A stretch of DNA of 64,000 nt from Thermoanaerobaculia bacterium (GCA_963664405.1 OY761158.1:3200001-3264000), one strand, 5' to 3'; positions 1 to 10,784 are shown, numbered from the stretch's first letter. Notes: a model not told the origin generated them from the sequence alone. Made by a program: numbers and translations.

Positions 1-800
1 ATCAGCTGTGCGACGGTGCGGCTGCCGTGGATGCCGGGAAAGTTGGTGGAGAAAGAGGCCTCCATGAGCTCGGCCCCTTCCGGAATATCGGTCGAAGACG
101 CGACGAAGCTTGCCACCCACTCCTTCGCTTTCCGTGGTCGCAGTGGGAGGCTGTCGAGGATCGCTTCCCAGTCGGCACTGGCGAGGACCGCGGTGACGAT
201 GTCGTCGCCGCGGGAGCATGTCTGGGCGATTAGGGCGAGCAGCTCTTCGTCGGAGGTCGTGGTCAGGTGGGCCGTCTTCAGACCCAGAAGACCGTCTCGG
301 TAGCTCCAGGCTCGCACCCGCTGGCCGCCGATACGAAGAAAGATCAGGTAAAACTCCGGGCGCACGCTCTTGATGGAGTCGAAATACCAGATCTCGAGCG
401 GCCGGAGAGTCTCGCTGCAGGTGGTGCGGAAGGAGCGCTTCTCTTCACCGAAGAAGAGAATCATCTGGGCGCGAGGGTCGGAGAGATCGTCGAATCGAAG
501 CTTCGCGAGCTCGCGGTTCTCTTCCCAATTGTCCCGAAATTCGTTGCGAGCGGTCTGCGGAAAGGGGTCGCGGACCTGCCAGAAGCGCTTGATGAAGCGA
601 TCCCTCTGGTGTTCCTGGCCGAGCTCGAGGAAGGCCTCTCTTTCCTCGTCGGCGATAAGGAGGGCAACCGCTTCGAGGAATTCCTCGTGCCTCTCGGCAA
701 GCCGCGTAGCGGAGTCACTCTGACCGAGCCCGACGCCTGCCGCAGCGAGACTCAGCGCGACGGCAGCGATCAGGGCGGCTGTTAGGAGCCTGGAAGGCAT
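1..800 (-). CDS. GWxTD-domain secreted protein (runs off left edge; absent from ORF track)
   Basis: Manual translation from ATG at 800: signal peptide MPSRLLTAALIAAVALSLAAAG, then LIADEEREAFLELGQEHQRDRFIKRFWQVRDPFPQTARNEF...DPRAQMILFFG...EIWYF, typical of the GWxTD domain. Confidence 0.75.
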   Translation of the reverse strand, partial: MPSRLLTAALIAAVALSLAAAGVGLGQSDSATRLAERHEEFLEAVALLIADEEREAFLELGQEHQRDRFIKRFWQVRDPFPQTARNEFRDNWEENRELAKLRFDDLSDPRAQMILFFGEEKRSFRTTCSETLRPLEIWYFDSIKSVRPEFYLIFLRIGGQRVRAWSYRDGLLGLKTAHLTTTSDEELLALIAQTCSRGDDIVTAVLASADWEAILDSLPLRPRKAKEWVASFVASSTDIPEGAELMEASFSTNFPGIHGSRTVAQL

Positions 801-913
801 GCCGACCCAGTCTACCCGCTGACGATCGGCGAGGGTCTAATCAGTACAATGGATCCGGGCGTGGCGCAGGGTCGCCCGCCACGGGCGAAGATCAGCACAA
901 GGAGAGTTCCCCG

Positions 914-2173
914 GTGCAGCTGACCGACGACGAGAAACGAATGCACGAGGGTGCTCGCGGCGAGCCACGCCGTCTGGCCATCGAGCAGCAGATTGCGGTG
1001 GGTCGGTTCTTTGACGCCGTCGATTTCGTGCCGGTTACTCAGGCCCACCTGATGGCCGATGGAGAAGCTGTAGGCGAAGCGGGAGTGGCGGTCCTCGAGA
1101 AGATCGCGGCAGCGCCGCCGGCGGATCGCCAGGTGCTCATACCCACGGTCACGGATCCGCGCGGCGTCGACGTTGCGGCCTGCGCTCGACTCCGCCAACC
1201 GGATTTCGCCGAGGGGCGGGAGCGGCGCATCGTCGACGCTCTCGAGGCGATCGGCTGCCTGATGACGAATACCTGCATCAACTACCAGACCGTGGCGCCG
1301 CCGGTACTCGGCGAGCACTTGGCGTTCGGCGATACCGGCTCTTCGATCTACGCGAACTCGGTGTGCGGTGCGCGCACCAACTTCGAGGGGGGTGTAGCCG
1401 CGCTGTGGGCGGCGCTGACCGGTCGGGTGCCTCGCTACGGGATGCATCTGGCGGAGCATCGGCGGGGCACGGATCTGTTTCATATCGATCATGTCCCCGC
1501 CACGCCCGCGGACTGGGGGGCTCTCGGTGGGGTTATCGGACGCAGAATGGGCTCCTATTGGCAGGTCCCCGTGCTGGCCGGCATCGAGGCCACGCCCGGA
1601 CCGACGGCGCTCAAGTTCTTCGGCGCCGCGCTAGCCAGTTACGGCTCGACTCCGATGTTCCATATGGTCGGGGTGACTCCGGAGGCACCGAGCCTGGCGG
1701 CGGTGTTCGACGGCGATGAAGGCTCTGCCCACGAGATCAGCGCCGCGGATATCGACGCCTTCTACGAAGGCTTCGTTGCCGATGACGACCATGTCGACAT
1801 CGTCGTGCTCTCCGCACCACAGCTGAATCTCTACGAGCTGCAAGAGGTGGCCGCTGCCATCGACGGTAAAGAGCTCTGCGCGGGAACAAGCATGATGGTG
1901 ACGACACCGCCCGAGGTCGCGCGGGCGGCCGAGCGAATGGGGCTGACAGCGCGCATCGAAGCGAGCGGCGCGCAGGTCCTCGAAGGGGTTTGCTTCTACC
2001 AGATGTACGCGCGCGAGATGGGCGAGGCCAACGGCTGGCGCCAGATCGTCACCTCCTCGGCCAAGCTAGCCAACATTCTCGGCGGCTATGGCTATCAGCC
2101 ACGGCTGGCGAGCCTGGAGCAATGCGTGGACGCCGCGGTCACCGGAAGGTTGGCAGCGAGGCAGGCGTCATGA
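914..2173 (+). CDS. Aconitase X catalytic (large) subunit
   Basis: TCINY, GDTGSSIYANSVCGARTNFEGG, FHMVGVTPEA, TSSAK motifs of the AcnX/DUF521 family. Confidence 0.85.
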   Translation: MQLTDDEKRMHEGARGEPRRLAIEQQIAVGRFFDAVDFVPVTQAHLMADGEAVGEAGVAVLEKIAAAPPADRQVLIPTVTDPRGVDVAACARLRQPDFAEGRERRIVDALEAIGCLMTNTCINYQTVAPPVLGEHLAFGDTGSSIYANSVCGARTNFEGGVAALWAALTGRVPRYGMHLAEHRRGTDLFHIDHVPATPADWGALGGVIGRRMGSYWQVPVLAGIEATPGPTALKFFGAALASYGSTPMFHMVGVTPEAPSLAAVFDGDEGSAHEISAADIDAFYEGFVADDDHVDIVVLSAPQLNLYELQEVAAAIDGKELCAGTSMMVTTPPEVARAAERMGLTARIEASGAQVLEGVCFYQMYAREMGEANGWRQIVTSSAKLANILGGYGYQPRLASLEQCVDAAVTGRLAARQAS

Positions 2174-2595
2174 GTGGCATGCGAATCATCAAAGCTCATC
2201 GCGGCATCGGTAGCATCGTTCGCGGGCAGGCGCTGGTTGCCGATGACGGCTTTTCCGCGCGCTACGACCTCGACCGCGTCCGCGGCGTCTTTTCACGACC
2301 GCAGCACGCGCTCTACGGTCAGAGCTACGTCGACCGTGTATTGGTGCTCGATATCGCTAAAGGCGGCGTGGCAACCGCCTGGATGTTGCGAGACATGCGC
2401 GCCGGCGGCAAAGCTCCCGCGGCTTTGCTACTCAACTACGCCAACCCGGTGATGGCGCAAGGGGCGGCCTTCGCGGAGCTGACGCTGATGGATCGTTTCG
2501 AGACCGACATCACCGGCGCGCTGGTGACCGGTGAAGAGGTCGAGGTCGATCCGATGAAGGGCGAGGTACGGATGCTTGCGGCTTCTTCGGACTGA
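2170..2595 (+). CDS. Aconitase X swivel (small) subunit, DUF126-like
   Basis: ATGA overlap with upstream gene; GQALV...H.LYGQS...RVLV...KGG...GKAPAALL pattern. Confidence 0.8.
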   Translation: MSGMRIIKAHRGIGSIVRGQALVADDGFSARYDLDRVRGVFSRPQHALYGQSYVDRVLVLDIAKGGVATAWMLRDMRAGGKAPAALLLNYANPVMAQGAAFAELTLMDRFETDITGALVTGEEVEVDPMKGEVRMLAASSD

Positions 2596-2759
2596 GGCCA
2601 TCGCGCACGGCGACAACGTTACGCTACTCCCTAATGGTCGTTCCTGAAAGCGAGTAGGTCTACCCGGCTTGCTCTCGCGATATGTGGCGAGAGGCGACAC
2701 GCAGGCCCAGGGCTTCGGGTCACTCCTGGCGGGTCGCTAGTAGTATGCCTGCCACCGTC

Positions 2760-3599
2760 ATGAGTAAAGAAATCAGCGGAAGCGTCGAGAAACACTGGCA
2801 TTCGGACGAAGCGGGAGCGCTGCTCGAGCGCATCGACGAGGCGCTGCGGCGATCGGGTCGCGATCCACAGGATCTCGCCGTTGATGATCTCCTCACGGTC
2901 GACGAGTTCCACATCCGCGGCCGTGAGGCCACAGACGAGTTGGCGAAGCTTGCTCGGCTCGACGAGGGCATGAAGATCATCGACGTCGGCTCGGGCCTGG
3001 GCGGCCCTTCGCGGTTCATCGCGAGTCGCTATGGCTGTCACGTCACCGGAGTGGATCTCACCGCCGAGTACTGCGCGACGGCGACCGTGCTGGCCGACCG
3101 GACCGGACTCGCATCGAAGGTCGAGTACCGCCGCGCCAACGCCCTCGACCTTCCCTTCGAAGACGAGAGCTTCGACCTAGCCTGGACGCAGCACATCTCG
3201 ATGAACATCCCGGACAAACGAGGCATGTTCGCGGAGATGGCTCGAGTCACCAAGTCGGGCGGACGGGTGGTGATCTACGACCCCATCCGCGGTGCCGACG
3301 AGCCGTTGACCTATCCGGTGCCCTGGTCGCGTGACGGAGAGATCAGCTTCCTCGTCGACGCTGAAGAGACGCGATCTCTCCTCGAGTCGGCAGGTCTTCG
3401 TGTCGAGACCTGGAATGACGTCAGTGAGAAGTCCCTCCAGTGGTTTCGTAAGAACGCGGCCAACACTTCGGCCGCGCCTCCCGTACTCGGCCTCCACCTG
3501 CTGCTCGGCCCGGAGTGGCCGACGATGGCTTCGAACATGGTCGAAAACATCGCGGCGGGACGGTTGGCGGTCGTGCAGGTGATCGCGCGCCGGGCCTAA
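2760..3599 (+). CDS. Class I SAM-dependent methyltransferase
   Basis: DEFHIRGREAT, IDVGSGLGG, LPFEDESFD motifs; start 2745 or 2760. Confidence 0.85.
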   Translation: MSKEISGSVEKHWHSDEAGALLERIDEALRRSGRDPQDLAVDDLLTVDEFHIRGREATDELAKLARLDEGMKIIDVGSGLGGPSRFIASRYGCHVTGVDLTAEYCATATVLADRTGLASKVEYRRANALDLPFEDESFDLAWTQHISMNIPDKRGMFAEMARVTKSGGRVVIYDPIRGADEPLTYPVPWSRDGEISFLVDAEETRSLLESAGLRVETWNDVSEKSLQWFRKNAANTSAAPPVLGLHLLLGPEWPTMASNMVENIAAGRLAVVQVIARRA

Positions 3600-3677
3600 A
3601 GCCTGGACTATTCATGAGGTCCGTAGCGAGGTGCCGCAGCCGCGGCACCGCAGTAGGAGCTTCATGAATAATCCAGG

Positions 3678-4889
3678 CTAGAAGAGGTCACGGATCGTCC
3701 GGCGCGCCAGCTGGGTCATGTGAACCTCATCCGGACCGTCGGCGATTCGGCAGTATCGGCTCATCATGAAGATGTGTGCGATCGGCGTATCCTGGATCAC
3801 ACCCATGCCGCCATGCGCCTGCATCGCCCGGTCGGCCACGTTCTGACACATCTGCGGGGCGACGACCTTGACCATGGAGATGTAATCTCGAGCATCTTTA
3901 GGACCGAATTTGTCCATCTTGTCCGCCGCGGCGAGAACCAGAAGTCTGCACTGCTCGATCTCACAGCGCGATCTCGCGATGTCGTGCTGGATGCTGGTTT
4001 TCTGCGACAGTGGCTCACCGAAGGCGACGCGGTTCTCGACCCGCTTACACATCAGCTCGAGGCAGCGATGGGCCATGCCGACAAACATCATCGCGTATTG
4101 GAAGCGACCGGGCCCGAGGCGACCTTGTGCGATCTCGAAGCCGCGCCCTTCGCCGAGGAGGAGGTTCTCCGCCGGCACTCGGACGTTCTGATAGAGCACC
4201 TGGGCGTGACCGCCGGGAGAGCCGGTCAAGCCAAAGGCCCGCAATGGGCGCTCGAGGATCACACCCGGCGTGTCCTTCGGCACCAGGATCATCGAGAACT
4301 GCTCGTGTCGCGGTGCGGACGGATCCGTCTTTCCCATGACTACGAAGACTTCGCAGAGCGGATTGAAGGCGTTCGAAGTAAACCACTTCCGCCCGTTGAT
4401 CACGTACTCATCGCCGTCTCGAACGATCGTGGTCTCCAGGTTCGAGGCATCCGAGGAGGCGACCGCGGGCTCGGTCATCGAAAACGCCGAGCGGATCTCG
4501 CCGGCCAACAGGGGTTTGAGCCATCTCTCCTGCTGGGCCTCGTTGCCGAAGCGTGCCAGCACCTCCATATTGCCGCGGTCTGGGGCGCTACAGTTGAAAA
4601 CTTCCTGCGCCCAGGGTACTCGCGCCATCCTCTCCATGAGCGGCGCGAACTCCAGATTGCTCAATCCGGGGCTGAACTTCTCGTAATCCTTGGGCAGGAA
4701 CCAGTTCCAGATCCCAGCCTTTCTCGCTTTCTCTTTGAGTCCTTCGAACCACGGTGGGTATTGCCACTGGTTGTTGGCGTCTTCGACCCACTCCCAGTGC
4801 TCGAGCTCCAGCGGGAATATGTGCTCGTCCATGAATGCGTCTACCTGGGCGATCAACCCACGTACCTTTTCGCTCGGCTCGAAATCCAT
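3678..4889 (-). CDS. Acyl-CoA dehydrogenase
   Basis: FSMTEPAVASSDA, INGRKWF, GRGFEIAQGRLGPGR, RIADGPDEVH. Confidence 0.92.
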   Translation of the reverse strand: MDFEPSEKVRGLIAQVDAFMDEHIFPLELEHWEWVEDANNQWQYPPWFEGLKEKARKAGIWNWFLPKDYEKFSPGLSNLEFAPLMERMARVPWAQEVFNCSAPDRGNMEVLARFGNEAQQERWLKPLLAGEIRSAFSMTEPAVASSDASNLETTIVRDGDEYVINGRKWFTSNAFNPLCEVFVVMGKTDPSAPRHEQFSMILVPKDTPGVILERPLRAFGLTGSPGGHAQVLYQNVRVPAENLLLGEGRGFEIAQGRLGPGRFQYAMMFVGMAHRCLELMCKRVENRVAFGEPLSQKTSIQHDIARSRCEIEQCRLLVLAAADKMDKFGPKDARDYISMVKVVAPQMCQNVADRAMQAHGGMGVIQDTPIAHIFMMSRYCRIADGPDEVHMTQLARRTIRDLF

Positions 4890-4960
4890 GCTCTCCCCCT
4901 CGAAGGTAACGCGCAGCCCCCAGCGATATCCGGACGGGCGGCTTGGGCGGTCCCTTGAGT

Positions 4961-5638
4961 CTACCTCGCTCCGCCGGCGGCCTCATCAGGTTCGGCGATG
5001 GCGCGAAATGCCGGATGTGTCCTTAGAAGCCCGAGGGCTTGGGCGAGCAATGATCGCCCCGGCTCAATACGATGCCAGGTGGAGGCTCCCGATGGATGGG
5101 GGAGTGGGATTGCCTCGAGCTCGTGGTCGAAGATCTCGACCCGGTGCACTTTGCCGACGACGTCGACCAGCTTATTGACTTGCATCACCTGCGAGATCGC
5201 GAGCTTGCCCACCGGAAGGAGGAGACGGGGCTGAAGAAGGTCTACCTCGGTCTCCAACCACGACGAACAATTCTCGATCTCGACTCTGGATGGCACTCGA
5301 TCCCCTCCGGCCGTCGCCTTGCCCGGAAAACAGCGACAGACCGCGGCCATGTAGGCGCGCTGGCGAAAACGGTCCTCTTCGATCCCGATGCTCTCGAGCC
5401 AGCGGAAGAGCGTTTTTCCTGCGGTCCATCCGAAGGGCCGGCCGACCTTACCCTCGTGGGGGCCGGGTGCCTGGCCGAGGAGCAGCACTGGTGAATGGAC
5501 AGCCGGGCCGGCGATCACGGGACCGATCATCGAGGGGCATCGACGACAAGCCAACAGATTGTCGCGGTGGGCGCCGAGCTCGACGAGAGCTCGCTGTGTT
5601 GCGGCCTCCGAGGCTCGGGGTCCAGGCGTGCCGTCCAT
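4961..5638 (-). CDS. Uracil-DNA glycosylase family protein
   Basis: CRRC, GQAPG, CRCFPGK, LPHPSGAS motifs. Confidence 0.85.
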   Translation of the reverse strand: MDGTPGPRASEAATQRALVELGAHRDNLLACRRCPSMIGPVIAGPAVHSPVLLLGQAPGPHEGKVGRPFGWTAGKTLFRWLESIGIEEDRFRQRAYMAAVCRCFPGKATAGGDRVPSRVEIENCSSWLETEVDLLQPRLLLPVGKLAISQVMQVNKLVDVVGKVHRVEIFDHELEAIPLPHPSGASTWHRIEPGRSLLAQALGLLRTHPAFRAIAEPDEAAGGAR

Positions 5639-5642
5639 CGGG

Positions 5643-7772
5643 CTAATTCGCGAGGTCGAGGGGCAGCGCTGTCTTGACTTTGAGGCCTTTGCGTCTGACC
5701 TTCACTACAGGTGCTGCGCCTTCTTCAGGCGCCCGGTCTGTGTAGTAGGTCAGGATGTATTGCATGCGAAGCTCGTCACGGATCTGGGAGAAGGCGCGGA
5801 CGACCTGTTCGCCGGTTCCGGCCCGGAACAGGCGTCCCCCTGTGGGCTCGGTGATCACCGAAAGCGTGCTCGTCGCCAAGGCCTGATTCGAGAAGCCCCC
5901 CGTCGATCCCCCTCTGCCGGCGGCTGCAAATCCCCCGCCCTGGCCCTGCGCCATCGAGATGATGTAGACCGGAACACCGAGCCGTTGGCCGAAGTCGACA
6001 GCGCGACTCGGGTCGGCACGGCTCGCCGAGTCGAAGCCATCGGTGATTACGATCAGCGCCCTCCGTCCGGGCTCGCCATCGAATTGGAGCATCGAGAAAA
6101 GGATGGAGTCGTAGAGGGCGGTGTTGCCCTGGGGTCTGAGCTGACCGAGGGCGCTATAGAGCTCACGGGTGTTTCCGGTGAGAGGCTGGAGAAGGCGAAG
6201 CTGCGAATCGAAATCGACCAGAAATGCGCGATCTCTGGCACCGAGGGTGCCATCCAGAAAGGCCTCTGCCGCGCCCCGAGTCTGTTGCCATAGGTGAATC
6301 ATGCTCCCCGAGGAGTCGATCGCAAGGCCGAGCACCAGAGCCACGTCTCGAGACATGTAGAGGCGCTGTACTTCGCGCGTCTTGCCCCCCTCGACGATCT
6401 CGAAATCCTCTTGGGTCAGCCCGGCCACCGGCGCTCCCGAGCGGTCAGTAACGAGGACCTGAAGCTGGACGAGATGCACATCCACCTCGGCGGAGAAGTC
6501 GGCTCCTACGAGCAGCTCGACATCTTCGAGCTCGCGGCCGTCGCGCAGTTTGGCGGTTACGCGAACGTACTCGTCTCTGCTAACCCCTTCGGTTGGAATG
6601 TCGGCGACGAAAGGCGCGTCGTTCAAGCGAGTCACCAACGACTCGCCGCGATAAAAGGCAACCTCTTCGAGCACCGCCCGCCGGGGTACGGAGACCTCGG
6701 CGCTCGCGCGCACCGAGCCGCTGGCGGTGTCACCCTCTATGCTGACCAGATTCAATCGGAACGGTGGGTCGACCCGATTGATGGTGATCTGGTCGGAGCC
6801 CATGGAACGGCCCGTGACGCCGAGGGCGGAGACTCGGACCCTTTGTTCTCGCGGCGGACTGGCGAGCTCCACCTTGGCGTCGAAGGGCGGTAGCTTCTTG
6901 TGCGCCACTTTTTCGCCGTCGAGATAGAACTCGACCGTCGTTACCCCCGGATCGATCGTGAGAGTCTGCAGCAGGACCTTGCCTGAGAGCAGTTTGCCTG
7001 GAGAAGGTGGGATTGGCAGCAGCCGGATTACCGAGCTCTTTCTCGGCTCGGGCGTCTCGGTCTCGGCGGCAGGGGGCTCTGGCCGTGCCCGAACCTGTGG
7101 TGGATCCGCCGCTACAAGAGTGGCGACCTCCGCCGTCCGCGCTCTCTCTGGCGTCCCAGAGTTGGCTTGAAGCTCCGGGTCATCGATGCGCTCGTACACA
7201 GTGCGGAAGCGGAGGTCCGGAGTCCGATCGCCCTGGATGTCGGTTGTGAGCACCAGCTGAGTACCGCTCGGCGCCAACTCATAGGTCTCGACCAACTGGC
7301 CGCGGTCGGCCTGGGTCTCGACCACCAAAGTGCCGTTCCCGAGACGGATCACGGTGCGGCTGCCCAAACCGTCAGTGATGACGCTCCCGTCGAGGGGCAG
7401 GAGCCGATTTTCCCGGTTGGCGTTGCGAATCGAGATCAGCCGTTCCTGGTGGTCGATCCTCAGCACGCGTAGACCCCTGGCGAGCTGGTCATAGGGACCC
7501 TCCCGACGGCCAGGGTTGGCTGAACCGCGGCCGCTGCGCCCGCTAGAGGGGCGCTGACGGCTACCCCCCCCCGGCCAGCTTCCGCCCCAGCCGACGCCAT
7601 TGGTGCGGGTACTCGATATCTCTTCGAGCTTCTCTTCGAGATCGTCGCTCTCGCGCTCGTCCAGCAGCCATACGCCGGTGAAGCTGAGTTTTGCCTGCGA
7701 TTCCTGGCCGGAGGCCGTGCCTTGTATCAGGGCGAGAGACGAGATCAGGAGCGCAGAGCTGGTTTTTCTCAT
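5643..7772 (-). CDS. Secreted VWA-domain protein with Ig-like domains
   Basis: Signal peptide; MIDAS DSSGS, TALYD, ITDG; Ig-like VEFYLDG segments. Confidence 0.8.
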   Translation of the reverse strand: MRKTSSALLISSLALIQGTASGQESQAKLSFTGVWLLDERESDDLEEKLEEISSTRTNGVGWGGSWPGGGSRQRPSSGRSGRGSANPGRREGPYDQLARGLRVLRIDHQERLISIRNANRENRLLPLDGSVITDGLGSRTVIRLGNGTLVVETQADRGQLVETYELAPSGTQLVLTTDIQGDRTPDLRFRTVYERIDDPELQANSGTPERARTAEVATLVAADPPQVRARPEPPAAETETPEPRKSSVIRLLPIPPSPGKLLSGKVLLQTLTIDPGVTTVEFYLDGEKVAHKKLPPFDAKVELASPPREQRVRVSALGVTGRSMGSDQITINRVDPPFRLNLVSIEGDTASGSVRASAEVSVPRRAVLEEVAFYRGESLVTRLNDAPFVADIPTEGVSRDEYVRVTAKLRDGRELEDVELLVGADFSAEVDVHLVQLQVLVTDRSGAPVAGLTQEDFEIVEGGKTREVQRLYMSRDVALVLGLAIDSSGSMIHLWQQTRGAAEAFLDGTLGARDRAFLVDFDSQLRLLQPLTGNTRELYSALGQLRPQGNTALYDSILFSMLQFDGEPGRRALIVITDGFDSASRADPSRAVDFGQRLGVPVYIISMAQGQGGGFAAAGRGGSTGGFSNQALATSTLSVITEPTGGRLFRAGTGEQVVRAFSQIRDELRMQYILTYYTDRAPEEGAAPVVKVRRKGLKVKTALPLDLAN

Positions 7773-7928
7773 GCTGGGTAAGGTCTCAAGGCTGCAATCC
7801 TCATGCCTGGTGCCGTTCTAGGCCGCAGCGCTGGCGGTTGGCGTCACCCGAACGCCTGCTCTTTCGACCGCGCTCTAGCCCCCATCCTCCCACGGAGACG
7901 CTATGTCCTCGACACCAGACAAAGAGTC

Positions 7929-9122
7929 TCAAGGGGCGGATCCTATTCCCGAAGAGCTCTCGACGCCGTCGCCAAGCGGCAAGTCTCGGAGGAGCTCGGC
8001 CATTCGACTCTGTCGGTCCGCCAGGGAGAACTCCTCGACGACGCGCTGCCGGGCCGCCTGCGCTCGTTGTTTTGAGGCTCCCGGATCCTGCAGTATCTGG
8101 GCGATCGCTTCCTCGAGTGCCTGTGGATCGCCAGGCGGGACCAATAGACCGTGGGATGGGTCACCAATGAGATCTGCTGTACCGCCGACAGCGGTTACGG
8201 CAACCGGGACCTCGAGGGCCATCGCATCGAGTACGGCAAAGGGAAAACCTTCGTAGTCGGAGGCCTGAATGAAGATGTCGAATCCTTGATAAGGCGCGTC
8301 CAGGTCGGTCCGATGACCCAAGAAGCGACACCGGTTCATGACCCCGAGGTGGCGCGCTTCCTCCTCCAGGCCGGCGCTCATCGGACCGGCGCCTGCCATC
8401 ATCAGTATCAGGCTGGGGAAGCGTTTGCACAGCGAGGCGAAGACTCGGAGGATCAGATCCGGGCGTTTTTCTGCCTCGAGCCGCCCGACGGTCCCAAGCA
8501 CCAGCTCCTCGTCGCCAATCCCACAATCTTTGCGAATTCGGGCCCGCACCCCGGCTTCTACTTCAAGAGCCCCGGTATCGACAGCGTTGGGGAGGTAGCG
8601 CACCCTCTTGGTGCTGGCTCCTTGATTCAGCAGCTTCGTGCGGATCGATTTCGAGACCGCGATCACTAAGGCGAAGGAAGTGAGAATCCGCTGGTCCACC
8701 GGATAGTAGAGGAAGCGCTCACGGCGGGTGCGAACGGGCCAGCCATGAGCGGTAGCTACGAGCAGAATGGGCTCGACTCGAGCGAGGAGAAATGCCAGGA
8801 GGTCGGCCTTGTAGTCATGAGAATGGACGATCTGAATGCGACGCTCGCGGATCAATCCGCGCAGACCTTTCAAGGTACGGAGGTCGAGCGCTCGCCGCTC
8901 TTCGAACACGAAGCTCGACAGTCCTTGCTCCTGGGCTCTCGAGTGGGCCCAGAAAGGAGGCGCTCCCTCTCTTCGTAGGAAGCACAGAGTCTCCTCGACG
9001 TGGTGAGTCTCACCTAGCGCAGCGGCGTCCAGAATGGAGCGCTCCGGCCCGCCCCCTTGATCCGAGGCCGACCGCAACTCCAGGACCCTCAGCCTCGCCG
9101 GCTCTGGCGTCCTGATAGACAT
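7929..9122 (-). CDS. GT4 glycosyltransferase
   Basis: GGGPER, HSHDYK, VGRLEAEK, EGFPFAVLDAMA; start at 9122 chosen to avoid overlap with the divergent gene. Confidence 0.85.
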   Translation of the reverse strand: MSIRTPEPARLRVLELRSASDQGGGPERSILDAAALGETHHVEETLCFLRREGAPPFWAHSRAQEQGLSSFVFEERRALDLRTLKGLRGLIRERRIQIVHSHDYKADLLAFLLARVEPILLVATAHGWPVRTRRERFLYYPVDQRILTSFALVIAVSKSIRTKLLNQGASTKRVRYLPNAVDTGALEVEAGVRARIRKDCGIGDEELVLGTVGRLEAEKRPDLILRVFASLCKRFPSLILMMAGAGPMSAGLEEEARHLGVMNRCRFLGHRTDLDAPYQGFDIFIQASDYEGFPFAVLDAMALEVPVAVTAVGGTADLIGDPSHGLLVPPGDPQALEEAIAQILQDPGASKQRAQAARQRVVEEFSLADRQSRMAELLRDLPLGDGVESSSGIGSAP

Positions 9123-9205
9123 CAATTCGGTGATGTTATCTCTACGGCTTGTCGGCGCGTGTAGGATGAGTACAGTTCCGCGTGGATCCGGCTCGCCGGG
9201 ACACC

Positions 9206-10687
9206 ATGGCCGACTCTTCAAATCAAGACCCGGACCTGCGGGGAGCCGCTGTCAGAGGCGTGCTTTGGACGTATGCGGCGGTTGCGACGAGCAAGCTGCT
9301 CGCCCTCGGATCGACCGTCGCTCTCGCCCGCATTCTGATGCGGGAGGAGTTCGGCATCGCCACTTATGCCTTGACTGTGTGCGCCCTCTTCGAGTTCGTT
9401 CGTGGTCTCGGAGTTGGTCAGGCGCTGATCTATCTCCGGCGATCGGAGGAGCGGACCCAGACTGCCTTTTGGCTAACCGCGATCGCGGGCTTCGCGTTTG
9501 GCGGGCTGATGTGGGGGCTGGGACCGGTCGCTGCGGATTTCTTTCGCGACCCCAGAGCCGAGGGTGTGACGCGGGCTCTCGCTCCCTATTTCCCGATTGT
9601 CGGGCTCGGGCTGGTCCTCGACTCTCTACTCCGCAAGGAGCTGCGATTCGGCCGCCGATTCCTGCCGGAGCTCGCTCGCGCCCTGTCCAAGACGGTGGTC
9701 TCGATCGCTCTCGCCCTTTTGGGCTGGGGGTATTGGAGCCTGATAGTGGGCCATCTCGCCGGGGCAGCCGCATTGACTCTCACTTTGTGGGCTGTCGTTC
9801 CCTGGCGCCCTCGTCTTGTCTTCGACAGGGGAGAAGCTCTCGCACTGCTCGGCTACGGAAAAGATATGGTCGTGATCGCGATTCTTGCGACGGTCGCCTA
9901 CCGAGCCGATCACCTGATCGTCGGCCGTTACCTGGGGCCGGCGGCCCTAGGAACCTATGCGGTCGCTGTCCGCTTTCCGGAGTTGCTCGTCGCTCATACC
10001 AGCTCGATGATCTCTTCAGTTCTCTTCCCGGCCTACGCGAAGGTGGAGAGTGCCAGGCAGCGGCTCGGCGAGCTGGCGATCGAGAGCCTACGGATCATCG
10101 CGGCAGCCTTCGTTCCTGTTGCCGTGGGGTTGGCTCTGGTGGCTGAGCCGCTGGTCCTAGGCACCTTCGGAGAAGAGTGGAGTGAGGCGATTCCGCTGTT
10201 GCCCTGGATCGCTCTCTATTGCCTGCTCCCCGCGCTGACTCGACATCTTGGAGACGCCCTGAAGGCCCTGGGGCATACGAAGGTTCTGGTCGGTCTGTCT
10301 GCCCTGTCCGCGACGATCGTGCTCTTGGGGATGCTGGTGGTTGCGAAGTCTGGGGGTGGCTTGGTGGAGATTGCTGCCGTCCTGGCGGGCGGCGCCCTGT
10401 TGCGGAGCGCCCTCGATCTCTGGGTCGCCCGCCATCTCCTCGGAGTTCGCTTCCGGGCAGCCATCGGGGCGATGGCTCCAGTGGCTCTGAGTGCCGCGTC
10501 GATGGCCGCTGTAGTTCTGTTTGTGGGACGTTGGACCGGTGGGCTTGGCGACCTTGGCGAGCTGGTCGCACTCTCGGTAGTGGGGAGCCTGGCCTACATC
10601 GCCTCCTCTCTTCTCTTCCAGCGGCGAGTAGTCGACGACGTGCTTGGCCTCATGCGGCTGGCAATTTCGCGAGACGGCCGAGGGTGA
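9206..10687 (+). CDS. Polysaccharide flippase (Wzx/WzxC-like)
   Basis: Many hydrophobic helices; GVLW..., LARIL..EEFG, D.LIVGRYLGPAALG.Y, VLFPAYAK. Confidence 0.85.
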   Translation: MADSSNQDPDLRGAAVRGVLWTYAAVATSKLLALGSTVALARILMREEFGIATYALTVCALFEFVRGLGVGQALIYLRRSEERTQTAFWLTAIAGFAFGGLMWGLGPVAADFFRDPRAEGVTRALAPYFPIVGLGLVLDSLLRKELRFGRRFLPELARALSKTVVSIALALLGWGYWSLIVGHLAGAAALTLTLWAVVPWRPRLVFDRGEALALLGYGKDMVVIAILATVAYRADHLIVGRYLGPAALGTYAVAVRFPELLVAHTSSMISSVLFPAYAKVESARQRLGELAIESLRIIAAAFVPVAVGLALVAEPLVLGTFGEEWSEAIPLLPWIALYCLLPALTRHLGDALKALGHTKVLVGLSALSATIVLLGMLVVAKSGGGLVEIAAVLAGGALLRSALDLWVARHLLGVRFRAAIGAMAPVALSAASMAAVVLFVGRWTGGLGDLGELVALSVVGSLAYIASSLLFQRRVVDDVLGLMRLAISRDGRG

Positions 10688-10784
10688 GGATCGCCATCTG
10701 GATAACATTGCGCGGAGGACGGTGTAGCCGAAGTACCTGAGGCACCGGCGATGCGAACCCGCTGCCGACAAAGGGGGAGTGGTC

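Noticed and set aside
267-785. Plus-strand 172-aa ORF
   Set aside because: Antisense to the GWxTD-like gene, which has a signal peptide and family motifs
3720-4958. Long antisense ORFs (also 41413-42792, 48410-49531, 32774-33958, 52397-53386)
   Set aside because: Shadows of well-supported genes on the opposite strand, common in high-GC DNA; no recognisable motifs
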